A stretch of DNA of 60,172 nucleotides from an uncultured Gammaproteobacteria bacterium (GCA_938003715.1 CALKYK010000517.1:1-60172); one strand, 5' to 3'; shown: positions 48,301 through 57,403, counted from the stretch's first letter. Made by a program: numbers and translations. The notes: generated from the sequence alone by a model not told the origin.

Positions 48301-50212
48301 CGACGCCGATACGCCGGACATCATCCGGTCGTATGACGGCAACGGAAATCTCCTGACCGTCGATCGGGACGCTGCCAGCCCGGCGAACGACGTCGAGTTG
48401 ACATATACGTACGACTCGGCGAACAACATCAGGAGTGAAGAACTGGTAATCGATGGCCGCACGTACACGCTGGGCTACGACTACCACTCGGACGGGCATC
48501 TTGAGCAGCGCACCTATCCCGGTAATGTCGTCATCGACTACACGCTCAACGGGCTCGGCCAGCCGAAGACCGTCCAGAACGGCAGCACCGTGTATGTCAG
48601 CAATGCCGTGTACCACGCCAACGGCAGCCTGGAATCGGCGACCTACGGCAACGGCCATTCCCTGATCAACACCTGGACGCCACGGCAGCAGCTCGACCGC
48701 AACTACATTCACGACGGCGGTACGAACGTCGCCGTCGATCTCGACTACGGCTACAACGCCCGCGGCCAGGTCACAAGCATCACCGACGGTGTGGATGCCG
48801 GCAACAATCGCGTCTACGGCTACGATGACGTCGGGCGCCTGGAGACGGCCAGCGGCCCCTGGGGCAGCGGCAGCTTCGACATCGACCCGCTCGGCAACAT
48901 CCGCTCCAAGACCCTCGGTTCGGTCACGGATACGATCAGCTACGATGCGATCACCAACCGCGCCTCATCGCATACCCGCAGCGGCCAGTCGGCGAGGACC
49001 ATCCAGTACAACGAGACGCTCGATCGCGGCAACGTCACCGATCTCGGCGGCATGGCCTTTTCCTACGACTATTCCGACCAGCCGGTGGCACAGACCGGCA
49101 GCGTAGCCGCGGACTATCGCTACGACGGCAACAGGCGCCGCGCCTACCAGGACCTCGACGGCAAGGAGATCTACTCCTTCTACGATGCCGCGGGCGCGCT
49201 GGTGCACCGGGACGACGATACCGCCGGTGAGGCGACGAATTACATCGCCGCGGCCGGCACGGTCCTCCGGCTGGAAGACGCCGGCACCGGCTATGCGATT
49301 GGGGAGTACACCTTCTCCGATCACCTCGGCTCGCCGCTAGCGGCGACCGGGTCCACCGCACCCGTCACCTGGCGGGAACGCTACAAGCCGTTCGGCGAAA
49401 AGATCACCGACCCGGCAGAGAATCGCGACGAGCCGGGATTCACGAGCCATGTGCAGGACGATGCTACCGGCCTCACCTACATGCAGGCGCGGTTCTACGA
49501 CCCGATGCTGGGACGGTTTTTGAGTATTGATCCGGTTGGCTTTTCACCAGAGAAGCCGTATATGTTTAATCGTTACTCATATGTAGGCAATGATCCTATA
49601 AATTTAGTCGATCCTTTTGGCATGTATGGCTCCTGCGCCGAATTTCGGGATGCTGGCAACACTCAACAGTCTTGTGCCGAAATTGAAGGAATTACGGGTG
49701 TTCCGTTTGATGACGAGCGTGAGCTTGCGCAGGCAGCCGGCAATGCACTGAATGCGCTGTCAGCCGCTGACAAGAATGAATGGGGAATCGCGTTTTCCAG
49801 AAACGAAGACGGTAACTTGACAGCATCGGTGGCTATCAGTGGTTCGTTAGATCCTGATGGAATTGCTTCGGGTGATCCCGCCGGAATTACGATGTCCACG
49901 CTGCTAGACGGAGTCGATAATCCTGTCGGAGACGGCCATACTCATGGCCTCCAAGCCGCCGAGCAATTGCAAGTAGAAAGCCCCGATGATATTAGACTTG
50001 CTCACCAAAAAGCCTATAACGGGCGGCGAAAAGGTGGCGATGGCAAGTTTAACTCCTACGTATATACTGCATCAGGACGGGCTCACCTCATCCGAGGTGA
50101 TTCTTTTCGCCATCCTTTTTCACGAAATCCAACCTCGACCGACATATACCGAGCCACAGATCCATCTGTTGTCCAGCGAGACGTTTTTCGGGTGAGTAGA
50201 ATATTGCCGTAA
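45326..50212 (+). pseudogene. RHS/YD-repeat polymorphic toxin with Sec-type signal peptide; reading frame interrupted by one in-frame TAA
   Basis: ORFs 45263-47200 and 47288-50212 are in the same frame. 47201-47287 is open and protein-like (LFDTLVYDSVGHLTEHHRF...). Many YD repeats are present (VTYDYTDAGWL, YGYDDVGRL, YTYDSANN...). The RHS core end reads YMQARFYDPMLGRFLSIDP...NDPINLVDPFGM. The N-terminus has KKRFQNRLSFFLSALILPGVTFGQ. Confidence 0.85.
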
Positions 50213-50247
50213 CTGATTGCTTTTGTGCCAATGAATACAAAACGACT

Positions 50248-50706
50248 ATGTGCATAAGAAATTATTCGACTATTGCGACTATTCTGGCGCTCGCGCATTT
50301 GGCCAGCTGCGCGGAACAATCGACTGTGCAGGATAATTCCGTACCAATGGACCCGGATAAATTTTTCACGCTGGCGTGGACAGATGCAAGCTTGGAAAGT
50401 CATTCTTTGTCGTATCCGGGATACAAATGGTGCTGCACCATTTTTTCTGACGAACACCGTGCCGTTAAATCTGTGGTTGCCCACATGGTAGTCAATGGTC
50501 TGGGCAATCTCGATGAGTATGGGTTCGTCGTTGGCCAAACATCATCTTTATACATAGTGGATGCAGCGCCACGATTTTTTGATTGTGGCGACTCCCCGAA
50601 CATCTGTGACGGGAGTTTTCCTTACTTCACTAAGACGTCAAAGGCGTATACCTACATTCTCGATAGGGAATCAGCTGTCGTGATCGAATACTATCCGCAG
50701 ATTTGA
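50248..50706 (+). CDS. Candidate cognate immunity protein (small lipoprotein)
   Basis: 152 aa ORF starting 35 nt after the rhs stop. Low GC like the toxin tip. Lipobox ILALAHLASC. No obvious RBS and no family recognised. The immunity role is inferred from position only. Confidence 0.5.
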   Translation: MCIRNYSTIATILALAHLASCAEQSTVQDNSVPMDPDKFFTLAWTDASLESHSLSYPGYKWCCTIFSDEHRAVKSVVAHMVVNGLGNLDEYGFVVGQTSSLYIVDAAPRFFDCGDSPNICDGSFPYFTKTSKAYTYILDRESAVVIEYYPQI

Positions 50707-50857
50707 CAAACACGCAGCGGAACCGTGGTAGTGAATGATGTGATTGAGGAACTCCGGTAGCGAGTAGTATTGAAAAGATTAGCCGGTTAGTCTCCATTTC
50801 ACGAACATGATTACGGGTCGACTAAATTACGGAATCTCTGATTTTTACAGGTGATTT

Positions 50858-51220
50858 ATGATCGAGAGATTAATCAAACTAGTAGTCTGTCACCTCATTT
50901 TCTTACTGAACACAGCGATTGCCTGCGACAAACCAATGTCAGTCACGATTCCTGACGGCAATTCGGCCATCCCTCGACAAATGGTTGCGGTTCAGGACGA
51001 GATTCGCAACTACGTGGCGGAGATGGGCGAGTATCTCGAGTGCGTCGCCACGGAGAAGAAACGCTCGCAGCGAGACATCGCGAACCTCACTTCCGAGCTT
51101 CGGCAGTTGCGGCAGGATCAGCTGGACGAGGAATACAACGCCGCCATTGACGAGATGGAGCAGGTCGTTCTGCTGCACAATCGCGAAGCGAAGAAGTTCA
51201 GGGAGAGGGACCGAACGTAG
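50858..51220 (+). CDS. Small hypothetical lipoprotein with a coiled-coil-like C-terminal half
   Basis: 120 aa. AGGTGA sits 5 nt before the ATG. Lipobox NTAIAC. Charged heptad-like LRQLRQDQLDEEYNAAIDEMEQ. Confidence 0.55.
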   Translation: MIERLIKLVVCHLIFLLNTAIACDKPMSVTIPDGNSAIPRQMVAVQDEIRNYVAEMGEYLECVATEKKRSQRDIANLTSELRQLRQDQLDEEYNAAIDEMEQVVLLHNREAKKFRERDRT

Positions 51221-51221
51221 G

Positions 51222-51277
51222 TCGAAGCAACTGTTGCGATGGATTGCTTCGTCGGCCTTCGGCCTCCTCGCAATGAC
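51222..51277. repeat. REP-like element, copy 2 (partial), same orientation as copy 1
   Basis: 51250-51277 is identical to 44827-44854 (CGTCGGCCTTCGGCCTCCTCGCAATGAC). 51239-51277 versus 44816-44854 is 36/39 identical. It also contains the hairpin CGAAGCAA-N13-TTGCTTCG directly after the stop at 51220. Confidence 0.7.
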
Positions 51278-51285
51278 GGGACAGA

Positions 51286-52485
51286 TTATCCGGACGCGAG
51301 TCGCGCGTTTTCCGCCGCGACCTGTCCCTGCGGCGGAGCTTCGTCGAGCGAGGTCACCGGCACGAGGCGCCGCACCATCGCGTGGAAGCGTAGCAGCGTG
51401 TTTTCCTCCGCCGAGAACGGGCCCGGGCGGTAGCCCGTAGTGCGCAGCCCCTTGTGCACGAGCTCGTAGAGCGTGCTGTCGTGGTCGTGGACCGGCTCGT
51501 TGATCGCGATGTTGAGTTCGCGCAGCCGCTCTTCTTCCTTCGTCGGGTTCGGATGGCCGTAGTACGCGGCACGCACCAGGGTCCGGTCGTGGCTCAACGG
51601 GATCAGTTGGAAGATATCCAGCATCTCGGGATACAGGTCGATACCGAGGTTGCCGGCGACGCCGAACTGCACCCACTGTCCCTTGATCTCGCCCGGCACG
51701 CGCTTGTTCGCAAAGTGAAATTTCTCCTGGTACTCGCGCTCGATGTCGACGCTCGACGGCCTGTCCTTCAGTTCGAACACGCCGTAGTTTGCGCCGTTAC
51801 CCAGGTGCTCGCCGATGTCGGTCACCTCGAGCAGGCGAAACAGGCCGGGATGGCCGACCGGAATGTGATAGTTCTCGAGGTAGTTGTCCCACGCCACCTT
51901 CCAGTTAACGGTCCATTCCTGGAACGATTCCTCGCGGAAGCACACGTAGTTCGCGACGTCGTACATCTCGAAGTACTGCGCGGAGTGCGCAACGGTCTCG
52001 GCCACCGTCGGCCCGTCGCCTCTTACGTTCACGAACACGAGACCGTGGAACACCTCGAGCGAGATTTCGTGCATGCCGTAGTCGGCGCGGCTGAAGTCGT
52101 CGAAGTCCTCCTCCTGCGGCACGCCGAGCAGCTTGCCGTCGAGCCTGTAGGTCCAGCCGTGATACGGGCACTTCACGACGCCGCGGCAGCTGCCCTTGCC
52201 TTCGAGCAGGCGCGAGCCGCGGTGCCGGCAGACGTTGAGGAACGCGCGTAGCTCGTCGTCCTTGCCGCGCAGGACCACGACGTTGTCGCGCCCTATCGAT
52301 GCGGTCATGTAGTCGCCGGCCGATATCACTTCGTTGACGTGGCCGACGAACTGCCAGCGGCGCAGGAAGAACGCGTCGTACTCGAGCTCGAAAAGCTCCG
52401 GGTTCAGGTAGGTCCACGGCGCAAGCGGCGAGCCGCCGTCAACCGCCGGTCCGTAGTGCGCCTTTTTTTCTGCCGTTTCGTTCAC
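51286..52485 (-). CDS. Rieske [2Fe-2S] non-haem iron oxygenase, alpha subunit (GbcA/CntA/Stc2-like quaternary-amine monooxygenase candidate)
   Basis: 399 aa. Rieske motif CRHRGSRLLEGKGSCRGVVKCPYHGW. Substrate is guessed from genomic context only. Confidence 0.85.
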   Translation of the reverse strand: MNETAEKKAHYGPAVDGGSPLAPWTYLNPELFELEYDAFFLRRWQFVGHVNEVISAGDYMTASIGRDNVVVLRGKDDELRAFLNVCRHRGSRLLEGKGSCRGVVKCPYHGWTYRLDGKLLGVPQEEDFDDFSRADYGMHEISLEVFHGLVFVNVRGDGPTVAETVAHSAQYFEMYDVANYVCFREESFQEWTVNWKVAWDNYLENYHIPVGHPGLFRLLEVTDIGEHLGNGANYGVFELKDRPSSVDIEREYQEKFHFANKRVPGEIKGQWVQFGVAGNLGIDLYPEMLDIFQLIPLSHDRTLVRAAYYGHPNPTKEEERLRELNIAINEPVHDHDSTLYELVHKGLRTTGYRPGPFSAEENTLLRFHAMVRRLVPVTSLDEAPPQGQVAAENARLASG

Positions 52486-52530
52486 GACTGCGGATTCGAA
52501 TCGCTTATATAAAGAGTACAGATCATACGC

Positions 52531-54975
52531 TCAGGATCTGATCTTCAGGTTCTTCGGGTCATACTGTGGCTGCAGCGACGCTTTTGCGGCAAACCGCTCT
52601 GTTGCCACTTCGATCTCGTATTGACCGTCGAGCGCTGCGTTTGCATCGGCTTTGGGTTCGACCGTTACATAGCCGAGCCCGATGCAGCCGCCGAGCGTGT
52701 GCCCATACGCGCCCGAGGTAACGTGGCCGACGAGTTCACCGTCGCGCCAGATCGGCTCGTTGTGATAGACAAGCGGTTCCGGATCCTCGAGCAGGAACTG
52801 CAGCATCCGGCGCGAGACGCCCCTTTTCTTCTGCTGTAGCAGCGCATCGCGGCCGATGAAGCCGCCTTGCTTGTCGAACTTCACGACGAAACTCAAGCCC
52901 GCCTCGAGCGGCGTGTCCTCGTCGGTGATGTCGTGGCTCCAGTGGCGATAGGCTTTTTCGATGCGCAGCGAGTTCAGCGCATGATAGCCCGCGTGCGCGA
53001 GATCGAATTGCTTCCCAGTCTCGACGATCTCGTCGTACACGCCCTGCATGAACTCGGACGGCACGTAAAGCTCCCAGCCGAGTTCGCCGACGAACGTGAT
53101 GCGAGAGGCGCGGACGTAGCCGTAACCCAACTCGATTTCTCGGCTGGTCGCGAACGGGAACACGTCGTTGCTCATGTCGGCCGGCGTCAGCGACTGCAGC
53201 AGCTCGCGCGAGCGCGGGCCCATGATCGAGATGACGCCGAATGCGGATGTGACGTTCGTCAAAACGCAGTGCGCGTCATCGGGAATGTGCGACTTCAGCC
53301 AGTGCAAGTCGCGCGTCTCCGTTTCGGCCGCGGTGACGATGAAGAATGTATTCTCATCGAGGCGGGTCACGGTGAGGTCGGCTTCGATGCCGCCGCGCTC
53401 ATTCAGCCACTGCGTGTAGACGAGCCGACCGGGCGCGACGTCGACGTCGTTCGCGCACACGCGGTTCAGCACGCGTAATGCGTCGCGGCCCTCGAGCCTG
53501 AACTTGGCGAACGAGGACTGATCGAACAGCCCGACGTTCTCGCGCACCGCGCGATGCTCGGCCGCCGAGTGCTCGAACCAGTTCTGCCGGCCGTAGCTGT
53601 ATTGATACCGCGGTTCCACTCCTTTCGGCGCGTACCAGTTCGGCCGCTCCCAGCCGAAGGCCTCGCCGTGGCAGGAACCGGCGGCGACGAGCCGGTCGTG
53701 GATCGGCGACCTGCGCACGCCGCGCGAGGTTTGGTACTGGCGGTACGGGAAGTGCGTCGCGTAAAGAAGTCCCAGCGACTCGCTGACCCGCTCGCGCAGG
53801 TACTTGCGGTTGCCCTGGAACGGGAAGCTGCGCCGCACGTCGACTTCCCACAGGTCGACCGGCGGGTGCCCGTCGCGCAGCCACTCGGCCATGACCTTGC
53901 CGATGCCGCCAGCGGACTGCAGGCCGATCGAGTTGAGCCCGGCCGACACGTAGCAGTTGTCGAGCTCCGGCGCCTTGCCGATGTGGTAGCGCACGTCTGG
54001 CGTGAAACTCTCCGGACCGCAGAAGAAACGCTGGATGCCGGCGTCCTGCAATGCCGGCAGGCGCGCCATCGCGTCGTTCAGCACCGGCTCGAAGTGCTCG
54101 AAGTCGCCGGCGATCTCGTCGAAGCAGAAGTCCTCGGCGATGCCGTCCATGCCCCACGGCCGTGCGTGCGGCTCGAACGCCCCGACCAGCAGCTTGCCGG
54201 CGTCGTACTTGTAATAGGTGCACGCGTCGTAGTCGCGCAGCACCGGCAGCTCCGGGGTCAGTCCGTCGACGCCCTCGAACAGCACATAATAGTGCTCGCA
54301 GGCGTGCAGCGGGATGTTGACGCCAATCGATGCCGCGAGATCGCGCGACCACATGCCGGCGCAGATGACCACCTGCTTTGCAGCGATGTCGCCGTCCGCG
54401 GTGCGCACGCCGGTGACCCTGCGCCCGTCGTGCTGGATCTCCGTCACCTTCGTGTCCTGAAAGATTGCTGCGCCGCCGGCGCGCGCGCCTTTCGCCAGCG
54501 CCTGCGTGATGTCGACCGCGTTCGCGTAGCCGTCGGACGGGATGTGGATGCCGCCGTGCAGGTCACCCGTCTCGATCAGCGGATAGAGCCGCGCAATGTC
54601 ACCAGTGTCGATCACGTTGACCTCGAGCCCGAACACCTTCGCCATCGACGCGCTGCGCTTCAGCTCCTCGTAGCGTTCGGCGGTGGCGGCGATCGAGATC
54701 GAGCCGCACTGCCGGTAGCCGGTCGCCTGGCCCGTCTCGTCTTCGAGCCCCCGGTACAGCTCGCTCGTGTAGCGCGCGAGCTTTGTCATGTTGATCGACG
54801 TGCGCAGCTGGCCGACGAGGCCGGCCGCGTGCCAGGTCGTACCGCTGGTGAGCTGCTGCCGCTCGAGCAGCACGACGTCCTCGAAGCCGAGCTTCGTGAG
54901 GTGATACGCGATCGAGCAGCCGATCACGCCGCCGCCGACGATCACGACCTGCGCGTTTTTCGGCAGCTCGGCCAC
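52531..54975 (-). CDS. Dimethylglycine/sarcosine dehydrogenase family protein (FAD oxidoreductase fused to GcvT-like folate-binding domain)
   Basis: 814 aa. N-terminal VVIVGGGVIGCSIAYHL. The C-terminal aminomethyltransferase-like domains and the length are typical of DMGDH/SARDH. Confidence 0.9.
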   Translation of the reverse strand: MAELPKNAQVVIVGGGVIGCSIAYHLTKLGFEDVVLLERQQLTSGTTWHAAGLVGQLRTSINMTKLARYTSELYRGLEDETGQATGYRQCGSISIAATAERYEELKRSASMAKVFGLEVNVIDTGDIARLYPLIETGDLHGGIHIPSDGYANAVDITQALAKGARAGGAAIFQDTKVTEIQHDGRRVTGVRTADGDIAAKQVVICAGMWSRDLAASIGVNIPLHACEHYYVLFEGVDGLTPELPVLRDYDACTYYKYDAGKLLVGAFEPHARPWGMDGIAEDFCFDEIAGDFEHFEPVLNDAMARLPALQDAGIQRFFCGPESFTPDVRYHIGKAPELDNCYVSAGLNSIGLQSAGGIGKVMAEWLRDGHPPVDLWEVDVRRSFPFQGNRKYLRERVSESLGLLYATHFPYRQYQTSRGVRRSPIHDRLVAAGSCHGEAFGWERPNWYAPKGVEPRYQYSYGRQNWFEHSAAEHRAVRENVGLFDQSSFAKFRLEGRDALRVLNRVCANDVDVAPGRLVYTQWLNERGGIEADLTVTRLDENTFFIVTAAETETRDLHWLKSHIPDDAHCVLTNVTSAFGVISIMGPRSRELLQSLTPADMSNDVFPFATSREIELGYGYVRASRITFVGELGWELYVPSEFMQGVYDEIVETGKQFDLAHAGYHALNSLRIEKAYRHWSHDITDEDTPLEAGLSFVVKFDKQGGFIGRDALLQQKKRGVSRRMLQFLLEDPEPLVYHNEPIWRDGELVGHVTSGAYGHTLGGCIGLGYVTVEPKADANAALDGQYEIEVATERFAAKASLQPQYDPKNLKIRS

Positions 54976-54979
54976 GGGC

Positions 54980-57403
54980 TCAGGCGCGCAGGCGCTCGTT
55001 GTGCGGATCGTAGGCCGGGTCTTTCAGCACGACGGCCCGGCAGCGTTCGCCGTTGAGGCCGATGGATAGTTCGTTGCCCGGCTTCGCCTTGCCCGGCGGC
55101 ACGTAGCCCATGCCGAGGCTCTTCTGCACCGCGTGCCCGTAGCCGCCGGAGGTCGTGATGCCGATGCAGCGCTCGCCGTAGAAAATCGGCTCGGCGCCGC
55201 GCACGTCGGTGTCGGTCGCGTCCACCTCGAAATAGATGAGCTGAAACCTACGCTCATCGTCTTTCTGTGCAAGCGTCGCGTCGCGGCCGACGAAGTCGTC
55301 CTTGTCGAGTTTCAGAAAGCGCTGCATGTCCGCGTCGATCATCGTCACTTCGTTCGTCAGCTCGGCGCCCCAGCCGCGATACGCCTTCTCGATGCGCAGG
55401 CTGTTCACCGCATAGAGGCCGAAGTCGGCGATGCCGTGTGCCTCGCCCGCTTTCCACACCGCGTCGTACAGCGTTTCGTGATCCTGCATGCGCGGATGCA
55501 GCTCCCAGCCGAGTTCGCCGACGTAGTTGACGCGCAGCGCGCGCACCGGAACGCCAGCGATCTCGATTTCCTGCCCGGTCAGCCACGGGAATGCCGTGTT
55601 GTCGAGCGGTGCGTCTGTCAGCGACGAAAGCACGTCCCGTGATCGCGGCCCGGCCAGCACCAGCACGCCGCGCTCGTCGGTGACGTTGTCGACCTTGACG
55701 TCCTCGCCGTCGTTACGGCCCTGCAGAAGATGATCGAGGTCGCGCAGCTCGGCGCCGGCCGCGGACAGCAGGTAGTAACGGTCCTCCGCGAACCGCGTCA
55801 CCGTCACTTCGCCTGCGATGCGGCCGTTCTTCGACAGGAAATGCGCGAGCACGATGCGTCCGTCCCTGCCCGGCACCTTGTTTGCCAGCAGGCGATCGAG
55901 GAACGCGCGCGCGTTCGGCCCGCTGACGTCGTACTTCGCAAAGCCGGAAAGATCCAGCACGCCGACGCGTTCACGAACGGCGATGCATTCGTCGCGCACG
56001 ACGTCGAACACGTTATTGCGGCGGAACCTGTAGTCCTCGGCGCGGCCGTCCGGCGAAAACCATTTCGGCCGCTCCCAGCCAAACGTCTCCGTATACACGC
56101 AGCCCTTCGCTTTCAGCTTTTCGTACAGCGGGCTCGTGCGCTGCGGCCGACCCGCCGGCAATTCTTCGCCCGGCAGCGGCGTGAAATAGGTGCGCCCGTA
56201 GTCCTGGAAGCCTTTCGCGTGCATGTAGTCGTCGTCGGCAAACGAACCGAAACGGCGCGGATCGAAGCCGGTCATGTTGATTTCCGAATCGCCGTGCAGC
56301 ATCCACTGCGCGAGGTACTTGCCGCAGCCGGCGCCCTGCGCGATGCCGAACGACGAGCCGCAGCACAGCCAGAAGTTCTTCAGGCCGGCGGCGGGCCCGA
56401 GCAGCGGCGGGCCGTCCGCCGAGTGCGGGATCGCGCCGTTGACGACGCGCTTGATGCCGGCCTCCTCGACGACCGGCATGCGCTCCAGCGCGCGGCCGAG
56501 CCACGGCATCAGCCGTTCGAGGTCGTCGGGAAACAGCTCGCTGTCCGACTCCCACGGCGGGTAGCCGTTCGGCGCCCAGGCTTCGGCCAGGTTTTCGTGT
56601 TCGTAGATGCCGATCAGTCCCGACTTCTGCTCCTGGCGGATGTAGGACGACGCGTACGGATCGCGCATCACCGGGATTTCGCCGTCGCGCTCGACGAATT
56701 CCGGCACCGGGCCGGTGACGACGTACTGGTGCTGCATGTTGCAGATCGGCAGGTCGCTGCCGACCATCTGCGAAACCCGGCGCGCGAAACTGCCGGCCGC
56801 GTTGACGACGACTTCGCAGACGACGTTGCCCTTGTCGGTCTCCACCTCCCATTCACCGGAGGGCAGAGCGCGGATGTTCGTCACCAGCGTGTTTTTCTGA
56901 ATCGTCGCGCCCATGTTCGTCGCGCCACGGGCCATCGCGTTCGTCAGGCCGGCCGGGTCCGCGTGGCCGTCGTCCAGCGTCCAGGCACCGGCGAGCACGC
57001 CGGTCGTGTCGAAAAACGGGTTGATCTGTTTGATCTTCTCCGCGTCGATGATCTCGACGCGAAAGCCGACGTCGTCCGCGATGCCCTTCAAATAACGGAA
57101 CCAGTCCAGGTCCTTCTCGTCCAGCGCGATCCTGATGCCGCCGGATGCATGCCAGCTCACGTACTGGCCGGTCAGTTCTTCGAGCTGCGGGTACAGCCAG
57201 TTGCTGTAGGCGTGGATCTTCGCCAGGTTGTAGTTGCCGACCAGGCTCGGGCACTGGCCGGCCGCGTGCCAGGTCGATCCCGAGGTCAGCTCGCCCTTCT
57301 CGATCAGCAGCACGTCCTTCGCGCCGTCTTCCATGAGGTGATACAGGAGGCCCACGCCCATGATGCCACCGCCGACGATGACGATTTCTGCGTGCGTTTT
57401 TAT
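54980..57403 (-). CDS. Second dimethylglycine/sarcosine dehydrogenase family paralog; start codon apparently ATA
   Basis: The track ORF starts at ATG 57361, which lies inside the FAD-binding motif. The upstream in-frame sequence IKTHAEIVIVGGGIMG completes it. No ATG/GTG/TTG lies between the stop at 57437-57439 and 57361. AGGAGA-N5-ATA occurs at 57401-57414. Confidence 0.8.
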   Translation of the reverse strand: MKTHAEIVIVGGGIMGVGLLYHLMEDGAKDVLLIEKGELTSGSTWHAAGQCPSLVGNYNLAKIHAYSNWLYPQLEELTGQYVSWHASGGIRIALDEKDLDWFRYLKGIADDVGFRVEIIDAEKIKQINPFFDTTGVLAGAWTLDDGHADPAGLTNAMARGATNMGATIQKNTLVTNIRALPSGEWEVETDKGNVVCEVVVNAAGSFARRVSQMVGSDLPICNMQHQYVVTGPVPEFVERDGEIPVMRDPYASSYIRQEQKSGLIGIYEHENLAEAWAPNGYPPWESDSELFPDDLERLMPWLGRALERMPVVEEAGIKRVVNGAIPHSADGPPLLGPAAGLKNFWLCCGSSFGIAQGAGCGKYLAQWMLHGDSEINMTGFDPRRFGSFADDDYMHAKGFQDYGRTYFTPLPGEELPAGRPQRTSPLYEKLKAKGCVYTETFGWERPKWFSPDGRAEDYRFRRNNVFDVVRDECIAVRERVGVLDLSGFAKYDVSGPNARAFLDRLLANKVPGRDGRIVLAHFLSKNGRIAGEVTVTRFAEDRYYLLSAAGAELRDLDHLLQGRNDGEDVKVDNVTDERGVLVLAGPRSRDVLSSLTDAPLDNTAFPWLTGQEIEIAGVPVRALRVNYVGELGWELHPRMQDHETLYDAVWKAGEAHGIADFGLYAVNSLRIEKAYRGWGAELTNEVTMIDADMQRFLKLDKDDFVGRDATLAQKDDERRFQLIYFEVDATDTDVRGAEPIFYGERCIGITTSGGYGHAVQKSLGMGYVPPGKAKPGNELSIGLNGERCRAVVLKDPAYDPHNERLRA

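Larger units (their letters stand above)
44723..51285. other. Compositionally distinct (lower-GC) Rhs toxin island between convergent mttB-like and Rieske oxygenase genes
   Basis: GC is visibly lower than both flanks. It is lowest in the 44.9-45.3 kb leader and from about 49.5 to 51.2 kb. The island is bounded by the two repeat copies listed separately and contains no mobility gene. Confidence 0.6.

Noticed and set aside
44723-51285. Calling the rhs locus a type VI secretion effector module
   Set aside because: The Rhs N-terminus has no PAAR domain, and no VgrG, Hcp, chaperone (DUF1795/DUF2169/DUF4123) or T6SS core gene is present in the 60-kb window. The secretion route is left open.
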